This document shows positions 14,578 through 22,223 of a stretch of DNA of 32,000 nucleotides, piece by piece (the first letter of the stretch is position 1; every line of letters starts with the position of its first letter). Source of the stretch: Azospirillum brasilense. GTDB lineage: Bacteria; Pseudomonadota; Alphaproteobacteria; Azospirillales; Azospirillaceae. Under the pieces are notes generated by a model. It ran no database searches and was not told the origin of the DNA. It saw only the letters and a list, made by a program, of their open reading frames with translations. The position numbers and the translations under genes are program-made. The stretch spans positions 411,333-443,332 of the forward strand of contig NZ_QOKV01000001.1 in NCBI RefSeq assembly GCF_008365405.1. The letters are read 5' to 3'.

Positions 14578-15159
14578 ATGGCACGTGAAAGAGGCGAGCG
14601 GAGCGACCGTGATCGGCAGCCGCGCGATCGCGACCGGGAAGAGAGCGAGCTGATCGAAAAGCTCGTCGGCATCAACCGCGTCGCCAAGGTTGTGAAGGGT
14701 GGCCGTCGCTTCGGCTTCGCCGCCCTGGTGGTGGTCGGTGACGGCAAGGGCCGCGTCGGCGTCGGATCGGGCAAGGCCCGTGAGGTGCCGGAGGCGATCC
14801 GCAAGGCCACCGACCAGGCGAAGCGCGGCATGATCCGCGTTCCGCTCCGCGAAGGCCGCACGCTGCACCATGACTCCAACGGTCACTTCGGTGCCGGCAA
14901 GGTCGTGTTGCGCACCGCCCCGGCCGGTACCGGCATCATCGCCGGCGGTCCGATGCGCGCGATCTTCGAGGCCCTGGGTGTGCAGGATGTGGTGACGAAG
15001 TCCATCGGCACCTCCAACCCGCACAACATGATCAAGGCGACCTTCGACGCGCTGTCGCAGGTTTCCAGCCCGCGCAGCGTCGCCGCCCGCCGCGGCCGTC
15101 GCGTGAGCGACATCCTCGGCAAGCGTGAAACCGGCGCCGCCGGTGCGCAGGAGGCTTGA
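14578..15159 (+). CDS. rpsE: 30S ribosomal protein S5 with an R/D/E-rich N-terminal extension
   Basis: [37 protein letters not shown]...[11 protein letters not shown]. 193 aa. Confidence 0.97.
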   Translation: MARERGERSDRDRQPRDRDREESELIEKLVGINRVAKVVKGGRRFGFAALVVVGDGKGRVGVGSGKAREVPEAIRKATDQAKRGMIRVPLREGRTLHHDSNGHFGAGKVVLRTAPAGTGIIAGGPMRAIFEALGVQDVVTKSIGTSNPHNMIKATFDALSQVSSPRSVAARRGRRVSDILGKRETGAAGAQEA

Positions 15160-15161
15160 TC

Positions 15162-15353
15162 ATGGCCGAGAAGAAGACCGTCATCGTCACCCAGACCGGC
15201 AGCCCGATCGGTCGTAAGCACGACCAGCGCGAGACGCTGGTCGGTCTGGGTCTCAACAAGCTGCACCGGACCCGCGAACTGGAGGACACTCCGGCCGTGC
15301 GGGGCATGATCGCCAAGGTCGCGCACCTGGTCCGCGTCGAGAACGAGGGCTGA
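15162..15353 (+). CDS. rpmD: 50S ribosomal protein L30
   Basis: [34 protein letters not shown] 15162 preferred over the TTG 15156 that overlaps the rpsE stop. Confidence 0.95.
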   Translation: MAEKKTVIVTQTGSPIGRKHDQRETLVGLGLNKLHRTRELEDTPAVRGMIAKVAHLVRVENEG

Positions 15354-15357
15354 ACCC

Positions 15358-15843
15358 ATGACGAAGCTGAACGATCTCCGGGACAACCCCGGTGCCCGTA
15401 AGGAGCGCATGCGCGTCGGCCGCGGTATCGGTTCGGGCAAGGGCAAGACCGGCGGCCGTGGCGTCAAGGGTCAGACCTCGCGCACCGGCGTGGCCATCAA
15501 CGGCTTTGAAGGCGGCCAGATGCCCCTTCACCGCCGCCTTCCGAAGCGCGGTTTCCGCAACATCTTCGCGAAGGAATACTCGGTCGTGAACCTGGGCCTG
15601 GTCCAGAAGTTCATCGACGCCGGCAAGCTCGACGCCAGCCAGACCATCGATGCGGTGGCGCTGGAAGCGGCGGGTGTCACCGGCAAGGTGAAGAAGGACG
15701 GCGTCCGTCTTCTGGGCAAGGGCGCCCTGACGACGAAGGTCAGCTTCACCGTGGCCGGCGCCTCCAAGTCGGCTGTGGAAGCGGTCGAGAAGGCGGGTGG
15801 CAGCGTCACGCTGACCGCGTCCGCCGCCGAAGCCGCCGAGTGA
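15358..15843 (+). CDS. rplO: 50S ribosomal protein L15
   Basis: MKLNDL-type N-terminus ([15 protein letters not shown]), [25 protein letters not shown]. Confidence 0.97.
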   Translation: MTKLNDLRDNPGARKERMRVGRGIGSGKGKTGGRGVKGQTSRTGVAINGFEGGQMPLHRRLPKRGFRNIFAKEYSVVNLGLVQKFIDAGKLDASQTIDAVALEAAGVTGKVKKDGVRLLGKGALTTKVSFTVAGASKSAVEAVEKAGGSVTLTASAAEAAE

Positions 15844-15844
15844 T

Positions 15845-15931
15845 CGGAAGCCCGCGCTTGCGCGCGGGCATCTTCCGGCACTAAATGAAGCGAAGTTGCG
15901 AGGGGCGGCCTGCATCCTGCAGGACCGCCCC
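15845..15931 (+). other. Structured rplO-secY spacer with two GC-rich hairpins lacking U-tracts
   Basis: Hairpin 1 (15845-15877): CGGAAG+CCCGCGC, loop TTGC, GCGCGGG, 3-nt bulge, CTTCCG; 13 bp. Hairpin 2 (15902-15931): 12 bp, GGGGCGG+CCTGC with one bulged A. Confidence 0.5.
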
Positions 15932-15961
15932 GTTCGTACATTAGGGACAGGGATACGACCC

Positions 15962-17302
15962 ATGGCATCAGCGGCCGAGCAGCTTGCCGCGAACATTAAT
16001 TTCGGGGCCTTCTCCAAGGCGACCGAGCTGAAGAAGCGGATCTGGTTCACCCTTGGTGCCTTGATCATCTACCGCCTGGGCACCTACATCCCGATTCCGG
16101 GCGTCAACCCGCAGATCCTGGCCGATATTTTCCGGCAGCAGGGCGGGGGCATCCTCGGCATGTTCGACATGCTGGCCGGCGGCGCGCTGCACCGCATGAC
16201 GATCTTCGCGCTCAACATCATGCCGTACATTTCGGCCTCCATCATCGTGCAGCTCCTGACCGCGGTGTCGCCGCAGATGGAAGCGCTGAAGAAGGAGGGC
16301 GAATCGGGCCGCAAGAAGCTGAACCAGTACACCCGCTACGGCACGGTGCTGCTGGCGACCGTGCAGGCCTGGGGCTTGGCGGTGGGGCTCGAGGCGATGA
16401 CCGGCGCATCCGGCGCCGCGGTTCCCGAACCGGGGCTGTTCTTCAAGATCGCCACGGTCATCACCCTGGTCGGCGGCACGATGTTCCTGATGTGGCTGGG
16501 CGAGCAGATCACCGCCCGCGGCATCGGCAACGGCATCTCCCTCATCATCTTCGCCGGCATCGTCGCCGAGCTGCCGCGCGCTCTGGTCAGCACGCTGGAG
16601 CTGGGCCGCACCGGCGCGCTGTCCACGCTGTTCATCGTCTTCCTGCTGCTGATGGCGGTGGGCGTCGTGTTCTTCATCGTGTTCATGGAGCGCGCGCAGC
16701 GCCGTCTGCTGATCCAGTATCCGAAGCGGCAGATGGGCAACCGCGTGTTCGGCGGCGAAGCGTCGCACCTGCCGCTGAAGCTGAACACCTCGGGCGTCAT
16801 CCCGCCGATCTTCGCGTCGTCGCTGCTGCTGCTGCCGCTGACCGCGGTCGGCTTCGCCGGCGGCGAGGGTCCGGAGTGGCTGCAGACCGTCACGCGCTAT
16901 CTGGCGCACGGCACGCCGCTCTACATGATCCTGTATTCCGCGCTGATCATCTTCTTCTGCTTCTTCTATACGGCCATCGTCTTCAACCCGGCGGACACGG
17001 CCGAGAACCTGCGCAAGTATGGCGGCTTCATTCCCGGCATCCGTCCGGGCAAGAACACCGCGGACTACATCGACTACGTGCTGACCCGGTTGACGGTGAT
17101 CGGTTCGGCCTACCTTGTGGCGGTTTGTCTCCTCCCCGAAATCCTGATTTCCCAGCATTCGGTTCCGTTCTATTTTGGCGGCACCAGCCTGCTGATCGTG
17201 GTCACGGTGACGATGGACACGGTCGCGCAGATTCATTCCCATCTGCTGGCCCACCAGTATGAGGGGCTGATTAAAAAAGCGAAGCTTCGGGGGAGAAAGT
17301 AA
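15962..17302 (+). CDS. secY: Preprotein translocase subunit SecY
   Basis: LKKRIWFTLGALIIYRLGTYIPIPG, LNIMPYISASIIVQLL, GEQITARGIGNGISLIIFAGI. 446 aa. ATG 15962 is Met23 of the ORF-track entry. Confidence 0.97.
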   Translation: MASAAEQLAANINFGAFSKATELKKRIWFTLGALIIYRLGTYIPIPGVNPQILADIFRQQGGGILGMFDMLAGGALHRMTIFALNIMPYISASIIVQLLTAVSPQMEALKKEGESGRKKLNQYTRYGTVLLATVQAWGLAVGLEAMTGASGAAVPEPGLFFKIATVITLVGGTMFLMWLGEQITARGIGNGISLIIFAGIVAELPRALVSTLELGRTGALSTLFIVFLLLMAVGVVFFIVFMERAQRRLLIQYPKRQMGNRVFGGEASHLPLKLNTSGVIPPIFASSLLLLPLTAVGFAGGEGPEWLQTVTRYLAHGTPLYMILYSALIIFFCFFYTAIVFNPADTAENLRKYGGFIPGIRPGKNTADYIDYVLTRLTVIGSAYLVAVCLLPEILISQHSVPFYFGGTSLLIVVTVTMDTVAQIHSHLLAHQYEGLIKKAKLRGRK

Positions 17303-17949
17303 TGAATCTCATTCTGCTCGGACCGCCGGGCGCCGGGAAGGGGACCCAGGCGCGGCGTCTCGAAGACACGCGCGGACTCGTCCAGCTTTCGACGGGCGAT
17401 ATGCTCCGCGCGATGGTCGCCGAGGGTGGTCCGCTTGGGCAGCAGGCGAAGGACATCATGTCCGCCGGCAAATTGATGCCGGACGAGCTGATGGTCAAAA
17501 TCATCGCTGAGCGCATTTCCAAGCCGGATGTCGCCAACGGCTTCATCCTCGATGGTTTCCCGCGCACGGTCGCCCAGGCCGAGGCGCTGGACACCATGCT
17601 GTCGGACAAGGGGCTGAAGCTCGATCACGTGATCGAGATGAAGGTCGTGGACGACATCCTGGTGGAGCGCATCACCGGTCGTTACACCTGCGCCAAGTGC
17701 GGCAAGGGCTACCACGACGTCTTCGAGAAGCCGAAGGTCGATGGCGTCTGCGATGTCTGCGGCAGCACGGATTTCAAGCGCCGGGCCGACGACAACGCGG
17801 ACACGGTGAAGACCCGCCTCGCCCAGTATCACGAGCAGACCGCGCCGATCCTGCCCTACTATCAGAGCCGAGGCGTTCTGAAGACGGTGGACGGCATGGC
17901 CGAGATCGACGACGTGACGAAACAGATCGAGGGCATCCTGGCCGCCTGA
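17302..17949 (+). CDS. adk: Adenylate kinase (lid with a Cys4 motif)
   Basis: MNLILLGPPGAGKGTQA P-loop, GFILDGFPRT, lid CAKC-x16-CDVC. The ATG shares one base with the secY TAA. Confidence 0.97.
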   Translation: MNLILLGPPGAGKGTQARRLEDTRGLVQLSTGDMLRAMVAEGGPLGQQAKDIMSAGKLMPDELMVKIIAERISKPDVANGFILDGFPRTVAQAEALDTMLSDKGLKLDHVIEMKVVDDILVERITGRYTCAKCGKGYHDVFEKPKVDGVCDVCGSTDFKRRADDNADTVKTRLAQYHEQTAPILPYYQSRGVLKTVDGMAEIDDVTKQIEGILAA

Positions 17950-17980
17950 CCAGGATCGTCGTGATCGACTGAAAAGAAAA

Positions 17981-18013
17981 GCCGCGAGGATCTTCGGATC
18001 CTTGCGGCTTTTT
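17981..18013. terminator. Bidirectional rho-independent terminator (adk on +, GntR gene on -)
   Basis: A-run, then GCCGCGAGGATC, loop TTCG, GATCCTTGCGGC (12 bp including one G-U), then a T-run. The flanks give a U-tract on both strands. Confidence 0.85.
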
Positions 18014-18072
18014 CTATGCTGTGACGCTGAGGCGGGGAGGGTGGTCCTCCTCCCCAAAGGCGCCGCCCCTCT

Positions 18073-18849
18073 TTACGGAGCGGCGTCGGTGTCGGGGCGC
18101 GAGAGGTCTTCCGCCTTCCGGCTCAGATCGTTGTAACGGTCGAGCACCCAGCCGAGGTGATCCGTGGCCGCAATGGCGGCGGCATCGGCGTCGCGGCGCC
18201 TGATGGCGTCGTAGATGGCGCGGTGATGGTCGATCATCAGCGCCTCGCGGCCCAGCGCGAAGGGCTCGGTGTGGTGATACTCCATCATTTGGCCGAGGAT
18301 GTCGCGGATGGTCGCCAGCAGGTGCAGATAGACCGGGCTCCCGGCCGCCTGGGCGACGGCGAGGTGAAAGTCCATATCGTCAGCGGCCTGCTTGCCGTCG
18401 CGGCCCGTCTCGCCCATCGCGGCGAGGACCCGCCCGATGTGGTCGATCTGCTCCTGGGTCGCGCGTTCGGTGGCGCGCCGGGCCGCCCAGCTTTCCAGGG
18501 CCTGCCGGATCTCCACGAGGTCGCAGAGGTTGGCGTGCTTCACGCGGACCATCTCGGTCAGTGCGCCGTCCATGGCGCCCGCGGAGGACACCACACGCGT
18601 GCCGCCGCCCTGGACGGCGGTCAGGAAGCCCTGCGTCTTCAACTTTTGCAGGGCCGCGCGCACCGACACCCGGCTGACGTGGAGCTGCTCCGCAAGCTGG
18701 CGCTCGCCGGGCAGGCGCTCTCCCGGAACGAGTTCGCCGCGGGCGATCCGTTCGAGAATCCGCTCCGCCACCCATTCGGAAATGCGCTGAGAGGAGGCCG
18801 GTACGTGGTGGGGTTCTTCGGTGTCGGACACGGTGGCATGCCCTTTCAT
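18073..18849 (-). CDS. GntR-family transcriptional regulator, FadR/FCD subfamily
   Basis: N-terminal winged HTH (PGERLPGERQLAEQLHVSRVSVRAALQKLKTQGFL) and an all-helical FCD-like C-terminus (EIRQALE...HLAVAQAAGSP...HRAIYDAIRRRD). ATG 18849; in-frame TTG 18855 is an alternative. Confidence 0.85.
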   Translation of the reverse strand: MKGHATVSDTEEPHHVPASSQRISEWVAERILERIARGELVPGERLPGERQLAEQLHVSRVSVRAALQKLKTQGFLTAVQGGGTRVVSSAGAMDGALTEMVRVKHANLCDLVEIRQALESWAARRATERATQEQIDHIGRVLAAMGETGRDGKQAADDMDFHLAVAQAAGSPVYLHLLATIRDILGQMMEYHHTEPFALGREALMIDHHRAIYDAIRRRDADAAAIAATDHLGWVLDRYNDLSRKAEDLSRPDTDAAP

Positions 18850-18869
18850 CAGCAATCGGTCATAGGTCG

Positions 18870-18884
18870 TACCCGAGTCGGGTA
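18870..18884. promoter_or_regulatory. 15-bp palindrome TACCCGA-G-TCGGGTA between the DMT stop and the GntR start
   Basis: Perfect 7+1+7 inverted repeat read directly. The 1-nt centre is too small for an RNA hairpin loop, so a dimeric protein-binding site is more likely. Confidence 0.35.
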
Positions 18885-18940
18885 AATCACGTCAACTCGC
18901 ATCCGGACGGCGGCGTATGGCCGGCGTCACCGGCGGCGTT

Positions 18941-19855
18941 TCATCGACTCCCGCGGCGGGCCATCAGGATGCCGGCCAACACCACGGCGCCGCCCATTGC
19001 CTGGAGAATGCCGAGCGGCTCGGCGAGCAGCGCCCAGGCGAGCACCGCCGCCGCCGCCGGCTGAAGCAGCAGGCTGACGGAGGAAAAGGCGGCGGGCAGA
19101 TGGGCCAGCGCATAGGCGATCAGGCTCTGGCCACCGGCATGGCTGACCAGGGCGAGCCCCAGCAGCACGGCCCAGCCACCGAGCGATCCGGCGATCAGGC
19201 TCTCCCCCGACAGCAGGGCGATGGGCAGCAGGGCGAGGCCGGTGACGACCCCGCTCCAGGTCATGATGGTGGCCGTGGAGAACTCCGCCCGCAGCCGCCC
19301 CACCGCCAGGATGTAGCCGCCGTAGAAGACCGCGGTCAGCAGCCCAAGGGCGTCGCCGAACAGGTGGTCCGGGCTCAGCTTCAGGCTCTGCCCCATCAGC
19401 ACGACGGCGCCGCACAGCGCCAGCCCGAGCCCCGTCAGGAAGGTCCGGCTGAACCGCTCCTTGAACACCAGCCAGGACACCAACGTCACGAAGATCGGCG
19501 CGAAGTTCGCGAGCAGCGTGGAGTTGGCGACGGAGGTGTAGCGAATCGACCAGTGCCAGATGGCGAGGTCGCCGGCGAAGAACAGGCCCGCCGCGGTCAG
19601 CCGGGCGTAGTCGGACAGCGACGAAGGCTTGCGCGACCGCGCGCCCCCCTTCGGCTCCACCGCCATCCAGACCCACAGAGCGGGGATGGCGAAGGCGAGC
19701 CGCCAGAAGGCGGTGGCGCTCGGCCCCAGTTCGGAGAGGCGCACGAAGATCGGGGCGAAGGCAATCCCCAGCGCCCCGGTCAGAAGGGCGATCAGCGCGA
19801 TCCGCTGCGCCGAGTCGGCGCGCGCGGCGGGGGCGAGGGTGCTGGCGTCCGGCAT
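18941..19855 (-). CDS. DMT-superfamily (EamA-like) membrane transporter
   Basis: About 10 hydrophobic segments and a duplicated EamA-like architecture (ALLTGALGIAFAPIFVRL...; LGLALVSHAGGQSLIAYAL). ATG 19855; the ORF track uses in-frame GTG 19882. Confidence 0.8.
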   Translation of the reverse strand: MPDASTLAPAARADSAQRIALIALLTGALGIAFAPIFVRLSELGPSATAFWRLAFAIPALWVWMAVEPKGGARSRKPSSLSDYARLTAAGLFFAGDLAIWHWSIRYTSVANSTLLANFAPIFVTLVSWLVFKERFSRTFLTGLGLALCGAVVLMGQSLKLSPDHLFGDALGLLTAVFYGGYILAVGRLRAEFSTATIMTWSGVVTGLALLPIALLSGESLIAGSLGGWAVLLGLALVSHAGGQSLIAYALAHLPAAFSSVSLLLQPAAAAVLAWALLAEPLGILQAMGGAVVLAGILMARRGSR

Positions 19856-19856
19856 G

Positions 19857-19876
19857 GCGTCCGTTATAACGGACGC
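19857..19876. promoter_or_regulatory. Perfect 20-bp palindrome GCGTCCGTTA/TAACGGACGC (candidate operator or RNA hairpin)
   Basis: Exact inverted repeat read directly. A third half-site copy (GGCGTCCG) lies at 19844-19851, 12 bp from the copy at 19856-19863. The palindrome abuts the ATG 19855 of the DMT gene. Confidence 0.6.
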
Positions 19877-20041
19877 ACCCACTGGGCGCCACGGGCGCCT
19901 GCCGCATGGCTCATCTGCGGAAGGCCCGAACTGTGGGACATTGCCGCTCCGTTGGGATCATCCGCGCCGCCGGGCCGTTGCCTTGGGAACCAGCCGGCGG
20001 GAACTTCCGCTGCGACCGAGACCCTGCAATACTGTGCCATC

Positions 20042-20914
20042 ATGACGCAGCGATCCCCCTGCAAGCCCGCCGAACACCCCCGACCGGTGACCCTGCCGTC
20101 GCCGCCCCGTGCGGCGCCCGCCGCGCCGCTGCTGGGTCCTGACGACCCGCCGCCGGTCACCGTGCTGCGCCCGGAGTCGGACAGCCCGGTCCTGCTGCTG
20201 TGCGACCACGCCGCGCGGGCCATTCCGAAGGCGCTGGGGACGCTGGGGTTGGACGAGGCGAACCTGTGTCGGCACATCGCCTACGACATCGGCGCGGCGG
20301 AGGTGACACGGCGGCTGTCGGAGCGGTTCGGCGCGGCGGCGGTGCTGTCCGGCTATTCCCGGCTGGTGATCGACCCGAACCGCGCGCTGGACGATCCCAC
20401 GGCGATCCCGGTGGTCAGCGACGACGTGGTAATTCCCGGCAACCGGGCCCTGGACCGGGCGGAGGAGGAGCGCCGGGTCAACGCCATCTTCCGGCCCTAT
20501 CACAAGGCCGTCGCCGCCGAGGTCGCCCGGCGTCGGGAGCGCGGGCAGGTGCCGGTGCTGCTGTCGATCCACAGCTTCACGCCCGCCATGCGCGGCGTCG
20601 CCCGGCCCTGGCATGTCGGCATCCTGTGGGACCACGACCCGCGCATCCCGATCCCGATGATCGCGCGGCTGCGCGCCGACGGGCGCTGGTGCGTCGGCGA
20701 CAACGAGCCCTACTCGGGCCGGACCACCCTGGGCGGCACGGTGGAAAGCCACGCGACCCCCGCCGGGCTGCCCAACGTCCTGGTCGAGGTGCGCCAGGAC
20801 CTGATCGCCACGGCCGAGGGGGCGGAGCTGTGGGCCACGGTGCTGGGCGACGCGCTGGAGCCGATCCTCGCCGACCCCAATCTCTACCAGATCAAACTGT
20901 TCCCGCGGGAGTGA
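20042..20914 (+). CDS. N-formylglutamate amidohydrolase (FGase) family protein, alphaproteobacterial 'predicted FGase' type
   Basis: SPVLLLCDHAARAIP, SGYSRLVIDPNR, LLSIHSFTP and GDNEPYSG resemble FGase-family motifs. Only the last 290 codons of ORF-track 18917..20914 are credible, because the upstream part is antisense to the DMT gene. Confidence 0.75.
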   Translation: MTQRSPCKPAEHPRPVTLPSPPRAAPAAPLLGPDDPPPVTVLRPESDSPVLLLCDHAARAIPKALGTLGLDEANLCRHIAYDIGAAEVTRRLSERFGAAAVLSGYSRLVIDPNRALDDPTAIPVVSDDVVIPGNRALDRAEEERRVNAIFRPYHKAVAAEVARRRERGQVPVLLSIHSFTPAMRGVARPWHVGILWDHDPRIPIPMIARLRADGRWCVGDNEPYSGRTTLGGTVESHATPAGLPNVLVEVRQDLIATAEGAELWATVLGDALEPILADPNLYQIKLFPRE

Positions 20915-20920
20915 GCGTTC

Positions 20921-22051
20921 ATGGAGCCGGCCTTCACGCTGGGGCTTGAGGAAGAGTATCTGCTGGTGGACCGCAGCTCGCGGGACATCGCGCGCAACCC
21001 GCCGGACGAGATGCTGGAGGCGTGCCAGGAGCAGGCGCCGGGCCAGATCCACCCGGAATTCCTGCGCTGCCAGATCGAGGTCGGCACGCCGGTCTGCTCC
21101 ACCCTGGCGGACGCGCGGGCCGAGTTGGCCCGGCTGCGCGCCACGGTGGCCGGGGTGGCGCGCGCCCACAACCTGGCGCCCATCGCGGCCTCCACCCATC
21201 CCTTCGCGGCATGGGAGCCGCAGAAGCACACCAACCGCGACCGCTACAACATGCTCGCCCGTGACCTGGGGGCGCCGGCACGGCGGCTGATGATCTGCGG
21301 CATGCACGTCCATGTCGGGATCGAGGACGACGACCTGCGCATCGACCTGATGAACCAGGTCCGATACTTCCTGCCGCATCTGCTGGCGCTGTCCACCTCC
21401 TCGCCCTTCTGGCGGGGGCAGGACATGCAGCGGAGATCCTACCGGCTGGCGGTGTGGAACGAGCTGCCGCGCACCGGCATGCCCGACAGCTTCCAGAGCT
21501 TCGGCGAGTACCAGCAGCAGGTGAACGTGCTGGTCAACGCCGGGATCATCGAGGACGCGAGCAAGCTGTGGTGGGACATCCGCCCGTCCCAGCGCTTCCC
21601 GACGCTGGAGATGCGGATCACCGACGTCTGCACCCGCCTCGACGACGCGGTGACGGTGGCGGCGCTGTTCCGCTGCCTGCTGCGCATGCTGTGGCGGCTC
21701 CGGTCGAAGAACGTGACGTGGCGGCCCTACAAGAACCTGCTGATCGGCGAGAACCGCTGGCGGGCCCAACGCTACGGCCTCGACGAGGGGCTGGTCGATT
21801 TCGGGCGCGGCACCATCGTTCCCTACGCCGACCTGATGGAGGAGTTGATCGAGCTGACCCGCGAGGACGCGGAGCGATTCGATTGCGTGGCCGAGGTCGC
21901 CAACGCCCGCGACATCATCCGCCGCGGCACCAGCGCCCACCGTCAGGTCGCCATCTACCGCGAGGCGTTGGAGCAGGGCGCCACCGGCTGGGAAGCCCTG
22001 GCCCAAGTGGTCGATTGGCTGGCCGAGGAGACGATGGTTGGGGTGGAGTGA
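20921..22051 (+). CDS. Carboxylate-amine ligase, YbdK / glutamate-cysteine ligase family 2 (GCS2)
   Basis: FTLGLEEEYLLVD, ICGMHVHVGIED, LLALSTSSPFW and WWDIRPSQRFPTLEMRITD align by eye with E. coli YbdK motifs. The start is 6 nt after the FGase stop. Confidence 0.85.
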   Translation: MEPAFTLGLEEEYLLVDRSSRDIARNPPDEMLEACQEQAPGQIHPEFLRCQIEVGTPVCSTLADARAELARLRATVAGVARAHNLAPIAASTHPFAAWEPQKHTNRDRYNMLARDLGAPARRLMICGMHVHVGIEDDDLRIDLMNQVRYFLPHLLALSTSSPFWRGQDMQRRSYRLAVWNELPRTGMPDSFQSFGEYQQQVNVLVNAGIIEDASKLWWDIRPSQRFPTLEMRITDVCTRLDDAVTVAALFRCLLRMLWRLRSKNVTWRPYKNLLIGENRWRAQRYGLDEGLVDFGRGTIVPYADLMEELIELTREDAERFDCVAEVANARDIIRRGTSAHRQVAIYREALEQGATGWEALAQVVDWLAEETMVGVE

Positions 22052-22104
22052 TTTGCTTCGAAGAGTTGCTTCGAAATCCATGGCAACTTTCGGAAAGCCA
22101 CTAC

Positions 22105-22133
22105 TTGACCTTTGCGTCATCCAGCCATACCCT
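22105..22133 (+). promoter_or_regulatory. Weak sigma70-like promoter candidate for metY
   Basis: TTGACC (22105-22110), 17-nt spacer, TACCCT (22128-22133). Confidence 0.3.
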
Positions 22134-22186
22134 CGCCGCAAATCAGCTCACCGAGTTGAGCAGGGCAGGCAAAAAACGAAGCAGCA

Positions 22187-22223
22187 GAGGGCCGCTCGCA
22201 CCACGGGCGGCCCTTACCTTTTT
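22187..22223 (+). promoter_or_regulatory. Terminator-like hairpin in the metY 5' leader
   Basis: GGGCCGC (22189-22195) pairs with GCGGCCC (22207-22213), extendable by 1-2 bp. It is followed by TTACCTTTTT and then the SD GGGGGAAGGGA before ATG 22237. Confidence 0.35.

Noticed and set aside
17950-18072. Possible mobile-element scar or att site at the break of the ribosomal cluster after adk.
   Set aside because: Only two terminator hairpins are present. I see no terminal inverted repeats, direct-repeat duplication, tRNA gene or integrase/transposase fragment.
18917-20041. N-terminal 375 codons of the 665-aa + strand ORF 18917..20914.
   Set aside because: This part is antisense to the DMT transporter and translates to Gly/Gln/Pro/Arg-rich repeats. 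The recognisable FGase-like sequence begins only after ATG 20042.
22050-22100. Possible SAM-II riboswitch core (GAUUUGCUU ... GGAAAGCC) right after the ligase stop codon.
   Set aside because: The resemblance to my recollection of the consensus is loose and the proposed pseudoknot pairing is only about 4 bp. The element would sit about 140 nt from the metY SD, whereas SAM-II normally occludes the SD. It is kept only as something to test with a covariance model.
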